From contig JBHLRS010000005.1 in the NCBI GenBank assembly GCA_048882325.1, positions 1-64,000 of the forward strand: 64,000 nt of DNA, in the 5' to 3' direction. The notes beneath the pieces are model-generated. The model saw nothing but the letters and a program-made list of their open reading frames with translations, did no database searches and had not been told where the DNA came from. This document shows, one piece after another, positions 39,288-49,077 of the stretch. The translations under genes and the position numbers were made by a program. Source of the DNA: Candidatus Thorarchaeota archaeon. GTDB taxonomy: Archaea > Asgardarchaeota > Thorarchaeia > Thorarchaeales > Thorarchaeaceae. Position 1 is the first letter of the stretch. Each line of letters opens with the position of its first letter.

Positions 39288-39608
39288 ATGATATGTAGAT
39301 TTTGGAGAGGATGGACTACGCATAGTAATGCAGACAACTATGAAAATACGTTGAAGGACTTGATATTCAAGGAAACTGAGGAAAGAGAACTTGAGGGGTA
39401 TGAACGTTTCCAATTATTCCGGAACGACAAGAATGATGAAGTTGAATTCATCACAATCATGTACTTCAAAACCCTCGAAGGAATTAAGCAGTTTGCAGGA
39501 GAGGACTATACTCAAGCTTTTCTTCCTGAGATAGAGAAAAAACTTCTCTCTAGATTCGATGACCGTGTCAAAATCATTGAGCTAAAAATAGATCAGGATT
39601 TCAAGTAA
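39288..39608 (+). CDS. Antibiotic biosynthesis monooxygenase-like (dimeric alpha-beta barrel) protein
   Basis: MICRFWRGWT...EVEFITIMYF...FAGEDY. Confidence 0.78.
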   Translation: MICRFWRGWTTHSNADNYENTLKDLIFKETEERELEGYERFQLFRNDKNDEVEFITIMYFKTLEGIKQFAGEDYTQAFLPEIEKKLLSRFDDRVKIIELKIDQDFK

Positions 39609-39737
39609 CTGAGTGTGAATGAGAATGAAAGAGTATAGCAAAGAGATAGTTCTAAAACAGGAATCAAGAGAGTAATAATCTCAGGAAACCCTATTCAAGA
39701 TATGCGTCCCGAAAAAGAGCGAATTGGAGGGGAGTAT

Positions 39738-41144
39738 ATGAAACTCAATCAGAAGTTCTTTGGACAGGAACACTTCGAAAAGGGGACTCCACAACGTGAA
39801 TTCTGCGCATCTCTATATAAAATCAAGCCTAGTATGCAGCAGTATGGATTCTCGGACAGAGACCTAGTGCCAGACCTACCTGATGATAGAAGTGGTATTG
39901 TTCAAGTGAAGTACAATGGAATGCTTACTGTAATTCTCTGGGATGCAGAGATGGAGAGATTTATGGGATGGAGTCGAAATGGAAGACGCTATTTCTCACT
40001 GGATGTGAATAGGGAACATCCAGTAACCAAGATCTTTGACAATGACTTTTTGGAGTACAAAGACACAGCCTTCATTGGAGAAACCTATGCTGCCAGATTG
40101 ATACGAGAGAAGGCACATATGACCGAGTTCAACAAGAGTATGAGTCTCATTAAGAACCCAAAATCTTCGGATGAAGTTAATAGAATCAGATTGGCAGTCT
40201 TTGATTTAGCTATAAGAAACAGGGATGATGAATTAGAAAGAAAGGGAACGCCGATTGAGAGGTTCAAGTTGCTAACAAACAACTTTGACTTTCCGACACA
40301 CAGTGATAGTGGAGTTGTTCACCTAGCAGATCACCTAGTCTATAATGATGCAATAGGAAAACATCAGCACGAGGTTCAATCGTTCTGGAATGAGTACATC
40401 AAAGAGAGAGGATTTGAAGGACTGGTTCTCATACTCGATGATGGAGAGAGGTATAAACTGAAGTACAGAGACACTCTTGATGTCGCAATCATCGCATTTC
40501 GAATCCCACAAAGAAGTACAAAGATCCGTCCTGTCTGCAGTGAATGCAACACCCGATTTGATTCGTTTTGGTTGAAGAAGCTTGTCAGGGATGATGTCAT
40601 AAAAGCAGAAGACTGGTTCAAAGATAGCGTGAGACTCAAGGAGGGAACAGGCACCTGGGACATGTATTCGAAAGGTCTGAAATCGTGTCCTTTATGTGGT
40701 GGAAGTATAGACTACACTGATGGTCCAATCCTTGGAGCCAAGATAGCTCTCATGACTGAGAAAGGCGAGTTTGTAGATATTGCTAATGGGTCTCAGATTC
40801 CTCCCTCCTCCCCGGTCCTTGATATCATAGAACCACTGTATGAAAATGAGGGGTATCTGTGGGTCAGACCCGAGGTTGTAATTGAGGTTTCATACCAGGA
40901 TTTGTACATCGACAGGATGAGACCACTCTTGCGATTCGAGGAAGAGAAATACAGACAAGTAGGTGAAATCAAAGCTGTTTCACTTAGACCATATGGAGTG
41001 ACTCATAGACCTGATAAGGACATTAACTCTGATGACCTTAGATTAGAACAGATCTCTTACTTTGTAGGGAGGTCCCAGAGAATAAGGAAACTCTGGGAGG
41101 AAGAGGATGAAATGCGAACCACAACTCTTGATGAGTGGATTTGA
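39738..41144 (+). CDS. Divergent minimal ATP-dependent ligase (NTase plus OB) with Zn-ribbon insert and PIP-like tail
   Basis: Motif I KYNG, III IGE, IIIa VFDL, IV EGLV, V YKLK, OB WVRPEVVIEVSYQD, VI RPDK; CSEC...CPLC; C-terminal TTTLDEWI. Confidence 0.8.
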   Translation: MKLNQKFFGQEHFEKGTPQREFCASLYKIKPSMQQYGFSDRDLVPDLPDDRSGIVQVKYNGMLTVILWDAEMERFMGWSRNGRRYFSLDVNREHPVTKIFDNDFLEYKDTAFIGETYAARLIREKAHMTEFNKSMSLIKNPKSSDEVNRIRLAVFDLAIRNRDDELERKGTPIERFKLLTNNFDFPTHSDSGVVHLADHLVYNDAIGKHQHEVQSFWNEYIKERGFEGLVLILDDGERYKLKYRDTLDVAIIAFRIPQRSTKIRPVCSECNTRFDSFWLKKLVRDDVIKAEDWFKDSVRLKEGTGTWDMYSKGLKSCPLCGGSIDYTDGPILGAKIALMTEKGEFVDIANGSQIPPSSPVLDIIEPLYENEGYLWVRPEVVIEVSYQDLYIDRMRPLLRFEEEKYRQVGEIKAVSLRPYGVTHRPDKDINSDDLRLEQISYFVGRSQRIRKLWEEEDEMRTTTLDEWI

Positions 41145-41268
41145 TTGTAGCTGATATCTTGGAACATAAATGGATTAAGCGTCAGCCTCTATACGTCTGT
41201 TGCTAAATGGTATAAGATTTGCATTAATCCCTCCTATAAACAGAACCAATCGAAACTTGGTAGTGATG

Positions 41269-42126
41269 TCATAGGTATTGATTTCTATGAGCATCCAAGA
41301 AACGGACATGGATAAACTTAGCAAGACTGAACATTGAGTTCAAAGCCATTATCAAGCGTGTACGTACACCCCAGTCAGAGTTCTTTTCCACTCGTGAGAA
41401 AAATGGAAACCAGTCAATGATCTGCAGTTTATTTGACCAGCTTTCTATTTGGTTCCTGTTCTTTGCTTCGAATTTGTGATCTATTCCAGTGACCCCATAC
41501 TTCCTAAATCGACGGTTGATTAACCAGTTCCCTCGGGATGAGCTACTATCAAAGATGATCTCTCCGCCAGGGAAGTGTTTAACCATTGTCTTGAAGAGCT
41601 CAGAAACCTCCATTTCCTCGAAATAGGCGAAGAGGCCCCCTGCAAAAATTAACAGACCATTATCAGATTCGAAGTCAACATCCTTCATCCATGAGAAGTC
41701 AAAGATCGACTTTGGGATGCATGTGCTCCGATCAGTTTCAGGGATAAGCTGTCTACGATACTCAATAGCATCAGGAAGATCAAGGTCATACCAAAGAATT
41801 GTTCCATTATCAACCCGGGAGAAAGTTGTATCAAGTCCACAACCAAGGTTGACAATAGAGGCTTGTGGTTTATCTTTGATATATGTCATGATCACATCAT
41901 CAAAGGTTCTTGCCCTTATGGCAAACGAAAGACCCAGCAATTCATCTAGAAACTCATCAAGAAAGGCAAAATCATAATCGGGATGTAGATCTTTCACCTT
42001 TTCCAAGATGACCCCTGCTTGGTCGTCCTTCAATAATTCTGGATACAGCTTGGTATACTTGGCACGCGCCCACAAAGGACCTAACATTGTCGACTGAATG
42101 GTTGCTGTAGCCAACTCATCTCCCAT
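41269..42126 (-). CDS. SAM-dependent methyltransferase, LCM/TcmP type
   Basis: TMLGPLWARA, VNLGCGLDT, WYDLDLPD. Confidence 0.88.
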   Translation of the reverse strand: MGDELATATIQSTMLGPLWARAKYTKLYPELLKDDQAGVILEKVKDLHPDYDFAFLDEFLDELLGLSFAIRARTFDDVIMTYIKDKPQASIVNLGCGLDTTFSRVDNGTILWYDLDLPDAIEYRRQLIPETDRSTCIPKSIFDFSWMKDVDFESDNGLLIFAGGLFAYFEEMEVSELFKTMVKHFPGGEIIFDSSSSRGNWLINRRFRKYGVTGIDHKFEAKNRNQIESWSNKLQIIDWFPFFSRVEKNSDWGVRTRLIMALNSMFSLAKFIHVRFLDAHRNQYL

Positions 42127-42277
42127 AGACGAACACAAAGTTCTCCTAGAAAAGCGATCATATTCGTCTTTCGGATTAGAGGTATAACTCTTGGTTCTAA
42201 CATCCAGTGGAAGATGGTTTGCGTCAATACTGATTTCGGAATCTTTTAGTTCAGGTCTAGCTGTGAAAAGTCATCAG

Positions 42278-43171
42278 ATGCAAACCTCAACAGACATTCT
42301 CATTGGAAGCATGATTGGACTTCTTGCCGCATTTTTGTGGGCGATGGCAACAAATGTCTACAAATCTCAGAGTGATGAAGCGACACCACTATCCATTGCC
42401 GCTATAAAGACATGGTTGTCCTTCTTTGTGATGTCTGTGTTGGTGATCTTACCATTCAGACCCACTCCTTTCTTCATACCACCCGAAGCTATCCTGTATC
42501 TTGCATCATCTGTAACTATAGGTCTGATTATTGGAGATCTCCTGTTCCTAACCTCACAAGAACGGATTGGAGTGTCGTACGCGTATCCAATAGCAGCAAC
42601 CTATCCTATTTTTACTTACATCATTGCGATCTTTGTTGTTCAAGAAGTCTTACTTCTAACCAGATTTCTTGGAATCCTATTGGCTGTAGGAGGAATCATC
42701 CTGATATCTAGAGAGCAATCATCTTCTGAAGGAGATATTTCAAAGTTCGATAAAGTGGGACTAAGCTTTGCTCTTCTAGCAGCAATTTGCTGGTCGATTG
42801 GAAGTGTCTTGCTTCAGATTGGTGTTACAGATGTTGAACCAGTAGACGCAAATTGGGTCAGAATGATTTTTGGAGCAGGCGTCATAGCACCAATCTATTT
42901 TGGGTATGTGAAACGAGGGATGCCAAAACCCTCTAGAAGAGCAACCAAGATAGTTCTCGTTGCTGCATTCTTTGGTATGGCGTGGGGGTCGCTACTCTAC
43001 ACAATGGCTGTAAAGCTGATTGGAGCTACAGTAGCTTCTGTTGTGGGATCTGTTTCTCCCTTATTTGCACTGCCAATCTCTATATTCTTCTTAAAAGAAG
43101 AGTTCTCACACTGGTCCATTCTCGGAACTCTCTTGACAGTGTCAGGCGTCATTATAGTTGTTCTTACCTAG
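42278..43171 (+). CDS. DMT/EamA family transporter
   Basis: Two EamA repeats, about 10 TM (IGVSYAYPI; SPLFALPISIFFLKE). Confidence 0.88.
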   Translation: MQTSTDILIGSMIGLLAAFLWAMATNVYKSQSDEATPLSIAAIKTWLSFFVMSVLVILPFRPTPFFIPPEAILYLASSVTIGLIIGDLLFLTSQERIGVSYAYPIAATYPIFTYIIAIFVVQEVLLLTRFLGILLAVGGIILISREQSSSEGDISKFDKVGLSFALLAAICWSIGSVLLQIGVTDVEPVDANWVRMIFGAGVIAPIYFGYVKRGMPKPSRRATKIVLVAAFFGMAWGSLLYTMAVKLIGATVASVVGSVSPLFALPISIFFLKEEFSHWSILGTLLTVSGVIIVVLT

Positions 43172-43191
43172 TGACGCCTGACAAAGTCGGA

Positions 43192-43608
43192 TCATACTAG
43201 GTACCGGATGTAGATTCCAGATACACAGAGTTTGAAACCAGGGGTCAGATTTTCAACACGAATACCAAGGAACTCGCCTTCATCTACCTGTAGATTCTCG
43301 AAGAGCTTGTCCCTCTGTTGCAAATCACTACCTTCAACTGGAAGAGTCATGTTTCCACTTGGTGGTAGCCAAGTTTCTTGGAAATCCAGGCGTCCCTTGA
43401 CATAGCCTCTAAAGATTTGACAGTTTGGACTAGGACTATTCCCTGAGAAATTGATATGGACACTAACTGGTCCACTTTTTGGAATAATGAGGCTGGCATT
43501 AAGCCACTCATTTGTTTCCAGGTTAATACCCGCCTTACCAACACCTTTAGCGGCTACTCCACGGCTCTGCATGATTGGTACGGAAAAGAATCGTTGCATC
43601 TTTTTCAC
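43192..43608 (-). CDS. Hypothetical protein
   Basis: 138-aa beta-rich ORF filling the gap downstream of corA. Confidence 0.55.
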   Translation of the reverse strand: MKKMQRFFSVPIMQSRGVAAKGVGKAGINLETNEWLNASLIIPKSGPVSVHINFSGNSPSPNCQIFRGYVKGRLDFQETWLPPSGNMTLPVEGSDLQQRDKLFENLQVDEGEFLGIRVENLTPGFKLCVSGIYIRYLV

Positions 43609-43665
43609 CGAATACAGTCAGCTAATTTCTAATATTAGCATTGTTTGTAGGTTGTGGCATCAATT

Positions 43666-44730
43666 CTATACCCAGCTAATCCTCCTGAAGTAGACAACCA
43701 AAATCACTGTCACTATCATCATAGCTGTCAAGAATATCGGGTAACCAGCCGCGCCCAAAATCTCGATCTCAGGAATCCATCGCCAGTTCATCCCGTAGAT
43801 ACTTGCCATCAGTGTAAGAGGGATGAAAATCGTTGATACGACAGTGAGGACTTTCATCACTTCATTCATTTTGTTATTGATGCTTGAAAGATAGATATCT
43901 AGCATACCTGATATTGATTCACGATATGTCTCAACATGGTCAGTTACACGAATCACATGATCATAGAGATCTCGTAGGAAGACCTGCGTGCTTTCATTGA
44001 CCAAAGAAGGAGTCTGTCTCTGCATCTTCATGACAACCTCGCGTAATGGCCAAATGTGTCTCCGAAAAGAAAGGAGGTCTCGCTTGATCCTATATATTCG
44101 ATTGAGCATATCACTTGTCGCTTGTTCTATTAATTCGTCCTCAAGGTCCTCAATCATATCACCAACATTCTCTAGAACGACGAAGTATTTGTCAACAAGC
44201 AAGTCAAGAATCGTGTAAGCTAGATAGTCAGGTCCGCATGAGCGTATTCGACTTCCGGAACGTCTCGCTCTGTCTCTAATAGAAACGAAAATATCATCAG
44301 AAGACTCTTGAAACGAGAGTACGAAGTTCTTTCCAAAGACCACGGACACCTGTTCAGAGTGAAGCTGGCTGTCTTCAGGCGTAAAGTCATACGCACGCAT
44401 GACGATGTACACACTCTTTGGCATAATCTCAAATTTGGGTCTCTGACCTACACTGGGGATATCTTCAACCACGAGCGGGTGTAACCCGTAGTACTCACAA
44501 ACTTTAGTTACTATGTCAACGTCATGGACACCTCTTACGTGAACCCACTTGTTTGCTTTTGGATCCAGTGGTGGACTGCAGTCGTCCATGGAGTCTGCGA
44601 TGTACTCTCGCATCTGATCTCCTGCAAATTCCATTATGCTGATTGTTACTTCTTCAGTCCGTTCTTCGCCGGTGTGTACAACCGTACCTGGAGGTAGACC
44701 AACCTTATCAGAAATATCATCCTGACTCAT
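43666..44730 (-). CDS. corA: Magnesium/cobalt transporter CorA
   Basis: GLPPGT, LHPLVVEDI, QRPK, MNEVMKVLT, YGMN. Confidence 0.93.
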   Translation of the reverse strand: MSQDDISDKVGLPPGTVVHTGEERTEEVTISIMEFAGDQMREYIADSMDDCSPPLDPKANKWVHVRGVHDVDIVTKVCEYYGLHPLVVEDIPSVGQRPKFEIMPKSVYIVMRAYDFTPEDSQLHSEQVSVVFGKNFVLSFQESSDDIFVSIRDRARRSGSRIRSCGPDYLAYTILDLLVDKYFVVLENVGDMIEDLEDELIEQATSDMLNRIYRIKRDLLSFRRHIWPLREVVMKMQRQTPSLVNESTQVFLRDLYDHVIRVTDHVETYRESISGMLDIYLSSINNKMNEVMKVLTVVSTIFIPLTLMASIYGMNWRWIPEIEILGAAGYPIFLTAMMIVTVILVVYFRRISWV

Positions 44731-44870
44731 CTGGACCACAGGAATTTAGGACCTTTCAGAATATTAGAAAGTGAGGATTACGTGCTGTAGCGAATTATGA
44801 ATCAGAGTGGTATTCCTTATTAGGAACATAGTGAAGGTATTATGATTTAGTCTATTCGAGGATAATGTAA

Positions 44871-45422
44871 TTGAGGCAAACATCAACAACCGGTGGAACA
44901 TGGAAAGCCGTTTTGATTGGAGATCCTGCAGTAGGGAAAACAAGCATACGAAGGAAATACCTAGGAGAGGGATTTCTCACAAGCCATATAGCAACATTGG
45001 GGGTTGATTTTGCACAGAAATATGTTCACCACCGAGGAAAAACTCATCGATTAATAATCTGGGACCTCTCTGGGCAAGCAAGCTTTGAAACAGTTCGAAA
45101 GCATTACTATCAGGGATGCAGCTCGATTATACTTGTCTATTCCATCTCTGACCGACAATCGTTTGACAACGCATCAAAGTGGCTTGTTGAAGCATACAAA
45201 TACTTGAAAGAACTGCCCACCATCATCATAGTTGGCAACAAAATCGATCTCCGTGTTACTCAGCCTGAGGAAACCTATGTATCGACTCAGGAAGGAACAG
45301 AGTTCACCGAGTATTTCAAAGAGAAACTAAAGGTGGAGCCGATATTCATTGAAACAAGTGCTAAGACAGGAGAGAACATTCAGAACGCATTTGGTAAATT
45401 ACTAGACATTATGATTGGATAA
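44871..45422 (+). CDS. Ras-superfamily (Rab-like) small GTPase
   Basis: G1 GDPAVGKTS, G2 TLGVDF, G3 WDLSGQ, G4 NKID, G5 ETSAK. Confidence 0.93.
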   Translation: MRQTSTTGGTWKAVLIGDPAVGKTSIRRKYLGEGFLTSHIATLGVDFAQKYVHHRGKTHRLIIWDLSGQASFETVRKHYYQGCSSIILVYSISDRQSFDNASKWLVEAYKYLKELPTIIIVGNKIDLRVTQPEETYVSTQEGTEFTEYFKEKLKVEPIFIETSAKTGENIQNAFGKLLDIMIG

Positions 45423-45429
45423 TACCTAC

Positions 45430-45624
45430 TCAACTGCCATGTTCTTTAGAGCCTTCTTCTTGTGAAGAGCGCTCTTGCCAAAAACTGATGACACTGACAC
45501 GAACTGGATTTCTGTGACTCGGTTTTCCTTCCTCTGTTAAACAGAGATTGCAGTAGTACTCATCTTTCTGATTATTCTCCTCATTGCTCTCCAATGTTTT
45601 GCCACAAGATTGGCACTTTTTCAC
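45430..45624 (-). CDS. Small zinc-ribbon protein
   Basis: CQSCG...YYCNLC. Confidence 0.65.
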   Translation of the reverse strand: MKKCQSCGKTLESNEENNQKDEYYCNLCLTEEGKPSHRNPVRVSVISFWQERSSQEEGSKEHGS

Positions 45625-45772
45625 CTTGGATTGCCCCCATATTTATCACGTCTACATGATAATAAGAGACATTATTGACGCATGATTAGGTCTTCATTCT
45701 TTTTTTCGATATATTACGTGAAACGTCTTAGTATTAAGTCACCCATGCGATTTCTATCTCCATTGAGGTTTT

Positions 45773-46624
45773 GTGATGAAACCAGCCAGATCTGAATTGA
45801 TAAGAAAGATACTATTGGAGTTGAATGGGAGTCCGTCATCGATTTACGATATCCTTTACTCAATGTCTGGCTATATTGATCCTCGTCGAACAAGACTACC
45901 TAAGTTGTTGAAGGCAATGGAAAGTGATGGCCTCGTAACTAGTGCACTTCAGCCTGGTCCATTGGGACCTTACAGAAGAATCTACGAGATTGGACCCCAG
46001 GCTGAGATACATCTTCGAGAGACCCTTAAGAACAGTATTGAAACGATTCTGCACTTCTATGATGCATACAGGCAAGTAAATCCACAGAAGCTGTACTCTT
46101 TCTCAGAAGAGAATCACTCACGGAAGGGAAAAGGCAACATCCTCTATTCAGCGTTCCCACACATGAAAACCAATGACCTTGAGATAATTCGTGAACTCCT
46201 GATGACCTCAGATGAAACTAGTCTATCGATTGTTGGCTCGGATTTGATACTCAAGAAGACAGGAATCAGTTACGATGTAGTTGGCGAGGATATCACTAAA
46301 CTCACAGCAGAAAGCAAAACTTTCTCTGAAATTCATCTACATGGTGTACCCCCATTAGAAAAGCTCTCAGATGCAATATCTGAATGCAAGAGAGTGCTTG
46401 CGCGAAAAGGACAATTAAGAATCTATGCACCATTTGCATTCTTTGAGGAACCCAAAAAACCAACACTTGGTGAGTTCATTAGAATCACATCAAGTGAACT
46501 GTTTCCTGAACTGGGAGTTGTAGAAGGCAAGCGTGTCAAGAAGGTAGTCGAGAAGCATTTTCCAAATTCCGAGGTCTTCGAGACACGACTTGGCGAGGTG
46601 ATCTTCTTTGCGACCAAGTTATGA
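45773..46624 (+). CDS. PadR-like winged helix fused to a degenerate methyltransferase-like domain
   Basis: N-terminal wHTH (MESDGLV...RRIYEI); C-terminal ECKRVLARKGQLRI. Confidence 0.6.
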   Translation: MMKPARSELIRKILLELNGSPSSIYDILYSMSGYIDPRRTRLPKLLKAMESDGLVTSALQPGPLGPYRRIYEIGPQAEIHLRETLKNSIETILHFYDAYRQVNPQKLYSFSEENHSRKGKGNILYSAFPHMKTNDLEIIRELLMTSDETSLSIVGSDLILKKTGISYDVVGEDITKLTAESKTFSEIHLHGVPPLEKLSDAISECKRVLARKGQLRIYAPFAFFEEPKKPTLGEFIRITSSELFPELGVVEGKRVKKVVEKHFPNSEVFETRLGEVIFFATKL

Positions 46625-46719
46625 TATCATGACTTGTTGATAACCCGCGCTCTGGCGGCACGGAAGGGAAAAGACATATGGTCTCATGTCTTGCGTGCCA
46701 AGTAGGATGTGGCTGAAAG

Positions 46720-47151
46720 TTGTCGGATAAGAAAAGCGAACTAATCAGACTCATTATGAAGGAGAATGTCAGTGCTGTAGAGATACTTGTCGACAGAATG
46801 GAAATCTCATCCGACGAAGTGGTGGAACTCATCAAGGATCTAATTGTGTCTGGAGAGTTGAATGGAACCCTCACTGAGGATGAAAAACGGTTCTTCAAAA
46901 GTGATGTGAAACTCTCAGACGCTCCGACAATTGAGAGAGAAGAACCACCCCCTAGCTTCTTGAGCTTCAATGCACGACCTGCTATCGCTGTGACCATTTT
47001 AGGATTCATTGTTCTGGGATCAGGATTTGTGGTGAATTCATTTGCAATTGATGAAGCAGAGCAAAGCTTTGCCACCATTTTGATTTTTCTTGGACTAATG
47101 ATAGCTCTGTCTGGTTGCTACTGCATTTCCCAACGACAAACACCAGCGTAG
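46720..47151 (+). CDS. Winged-helix (PCI-like) domain plus 2-TM protein
   Basis: VVELIKDLIVSGELNGTL then two TM helices. Confidence 0.65.
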   Translation: MSDKKSELIRLIMKENVSAVEILVDRMEISSDEVVELIKDLIVSGELNGTLTEDEKRFFKSDVKLSDAPTIEREEPPPSFLSFNARPAIAVTILGFIVLGSGFVVNSFAIDEAEQSFATILIFLGLMIALSGCYCISQRQTPA

Positions 47152-47215
47152 ATATGCACTATAGGACGCCTTAAGTAGTGGTCTGAGCGCCGGGCCATTA
47201 ACGGAAGGACTAGCA

Positions 47216-48193
47216 ATGCAAGAACTGATGATAGAAGCAGTCCTCATAGCGATTTATGCCATTGGTGTTGGAACGATTTCATCAATGGTTGGTATTGGCG
47301 GTGGAATCTTTAACACACCACTGTTGTTGATTGTTTTTCTCTTGAGTGAGCAGTTTGCTCCAGCAACCGCACTCGTTGCTGCTCTATTTCTTGCAGTGGC
47401 AAGTAGTATTGCGTACTGGCGACAAGATCCTCGACCAATCATTCCAAGGGTGGGTCTTTTTCTGGCTATTACAACAGTACCGGGGTCTCTCATCGGAGTT
47501 ACTCTTCGGACGATGATTCAAAGTCCATATGTACTAAGAGTGATCTTTGGACTTGCATTGATGCCTGTAGCAATCAGGATGCTCTTTGCAGTCAAGCGGG
47601 AAAAGGGAGACATCGCTTCCGAGTTAGCTGAGTATGATATGTCGAACCTTACTGACAAGAGATTAGCCATCTCTCTCTTTGGTGGTTTCATTGGGGGAAT
47701 CTCTGCTGGCCTCCTAGGCATTGGTGGCGGCGCTGTAGTTGTTCCTGTCCTTTCTGTCTTGATGGGTCTACCAATGCATGCAGCTGTTGCGACATCAATG
47801 TTCACCATGATGTTTACTGCTTCTGCGGGCACAGCGATGAACTACATTCAGGGCTATATCAATCCGTACTACGCTATTGCACTAGGTGCGGGTATGCTGA
47901 TTGGTGCACAGTTTGGATCAAGGTTTGCCTCCAAGGTAAACTCAGTTCAGTTGAAGAGAATCTTTGGTGTTATTCTTGTATATCCTCTAGTCAGAATGAT
48001 GAAACTGGGGCAGCTATGGCTCGATCCTGCTTCCTTCTTTGATCCTCTTGTAAATCAAAACATCTTGATGTCAACAATTGGTGACCTCACAATCTGGTTG
48101 GTCATTGTCGTACCAATCGGTCTCTTCAGACTCTACCAACTCCGAACCCAACAGGCTGCTTCAATGGAACCATCCGAAACTTCCTCAGAGTGA
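47216..48193 (+). CDS. TauE/SafE family sulfite exporter-like permease
   Basis: GIGGG repeated twice; AVATS. Confidence 0.88.
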   Translation: MQELMIEAVLIAIYAIGVGTISSMVGIGGGIFNTPLLLIVFLLSEQFAPATALVAALFLAVASSIAYWRQDPRPIIPRVGLFLAITTVPGSLIGVTLRTMIQSPYVLRVIFGLALMPVAIRMLFAVKREKGDIASELAEYDMSNLTDKRLAISLFGGFIGGISAGLLGIGGGAVVVPVLSVLMGLPMHAAVATSMFTMMFTASAGTAMNYIQGYINPYYAIALGAGMLIGAQFGSRFASKVNSVQLKRIFGVILVYPLVRMMKLGQLWLDPASFFDPLVNQNILMSTIGDLTIWLVIVVPIGLFRLYQLRTQQAASMEPSETSSE

Positions 48194-48260
48194 CAAGTTG
48201 GTACTTAATAGGGAGTCTGCATTTGTGGTATGACCAGAGTGAATATTGCAGGTGTAATGA

Positions 48261-49028
48261 ATGGTAAAGTATAATCTAGACAATAAGGCTGTGATTATCA
48301 CCGGCGCCTCAGCAGGGCTTGGAGAGCAGTTTGCCCATGCTTTTGCTGAGTCAGGTGCAAACGTAGCTTTGGGAGCAAGAAGAGAAGTTTTGCTGAAGAA
48401 GATTGCTGATGATGTGTCTGACAAATATGGTGTGAAAGCCCTACCAATCAAAACAGATGTTACTAGAGAAGTAGATATCATCAACCTCGTTGATACCACT
48501 GTTAAAGAACTTGGAACAGTTGATGTACTTGTAAACAACGCAGGGATGTACATTGTAAAACCATTGATTGAGCAGACGTTGAAAGATTGGAATAAAGTCA
48601 TGGATGTCAATCTTACATCAGCTTTCCTTGGAACAAGAGAGGTGGCGAAAGTTATGATTCCAAAGAAAGCAGGATCCATCATCAATATCACATCAACATT
48701 TGGCTTTGGTGGAACCGAGTTCACTGAGATCAGTTACTACGTATCGAAGGGAGGGATGGTGACATTGACAAAAGCTCTGGCAGTTGAACTTGGCAAGCAC
48801 AACATTCGTGTAAACGCGATTGCTCCAGGATTCTTCCCGACTGCTATGTCAATCGAAGCAATGAGAGACAAGAAGATCAGTGATAGAGTAATCCGACCAC
48901 GCACCGCACTTCCCATGTTTGCAGAGAATGAATGGATACGTGGTGCTGCTTGTTTCCTTGCCAGTGATGATGCAAAGTATATCACTGGCCATACTCTCGC
49001 TGTTGATGGTGGATGGTTAGCATATTAA
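48261..49028 (+). CDS. Short-chain dehydrogenase/reductase
   Basis: TGASAGLG, NNAG, YYVSK, NAIAPG, VDGG. Confidence 0.93.
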   Translation: MVKYNLDNKAVIITGASAGLGEQFAHAFAESGANVALGARREVLLKKIADDVSDKYGVKALPIKTDVTREVDIINLVDTTVKELGTVDVLVNNAGMYIVKPLIEQTLKDWNKVMDVNLTSAFLGTREVAKVMIPKKAGSIINITSTFGFGGTEFTEISYYVSKGGMVTLTKALAVELGKHNIRVNAIAPGFFPTAMSIEAMRDKKISDRVIRPRTALPMFAENEWIRGAACFLASDDAKYITGHTLAVDGGWLAY

Positions 49029-49067
49029 AAAGAAAGTGAAAAGGAAAGCAAGTCAGACCTGCTTTCC
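49027..49067 (-). terminator. Hairpin plus T-rich tract
   Basis: GGAAAGCA-N9-TGCTTTCC, followed on the minus strand by T runs. Confidence 0.5.
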
Positions 49068-49077
49068 AAGATTCTAT

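Noticed and set aside
39738-41144. mRNA capping guanylyltransferase
   Set aside because: Shares the NTase-OB layout, but the OB-domain signatures (TLDVAII, WVRPEVVIEVSY) are DNA-ligase-like; not fully excluded without an assay
37600-41270. Integrated mobile element around the ligase
   Set aside because: No integrase, transposase, tRNA or flanking direct repeats seen
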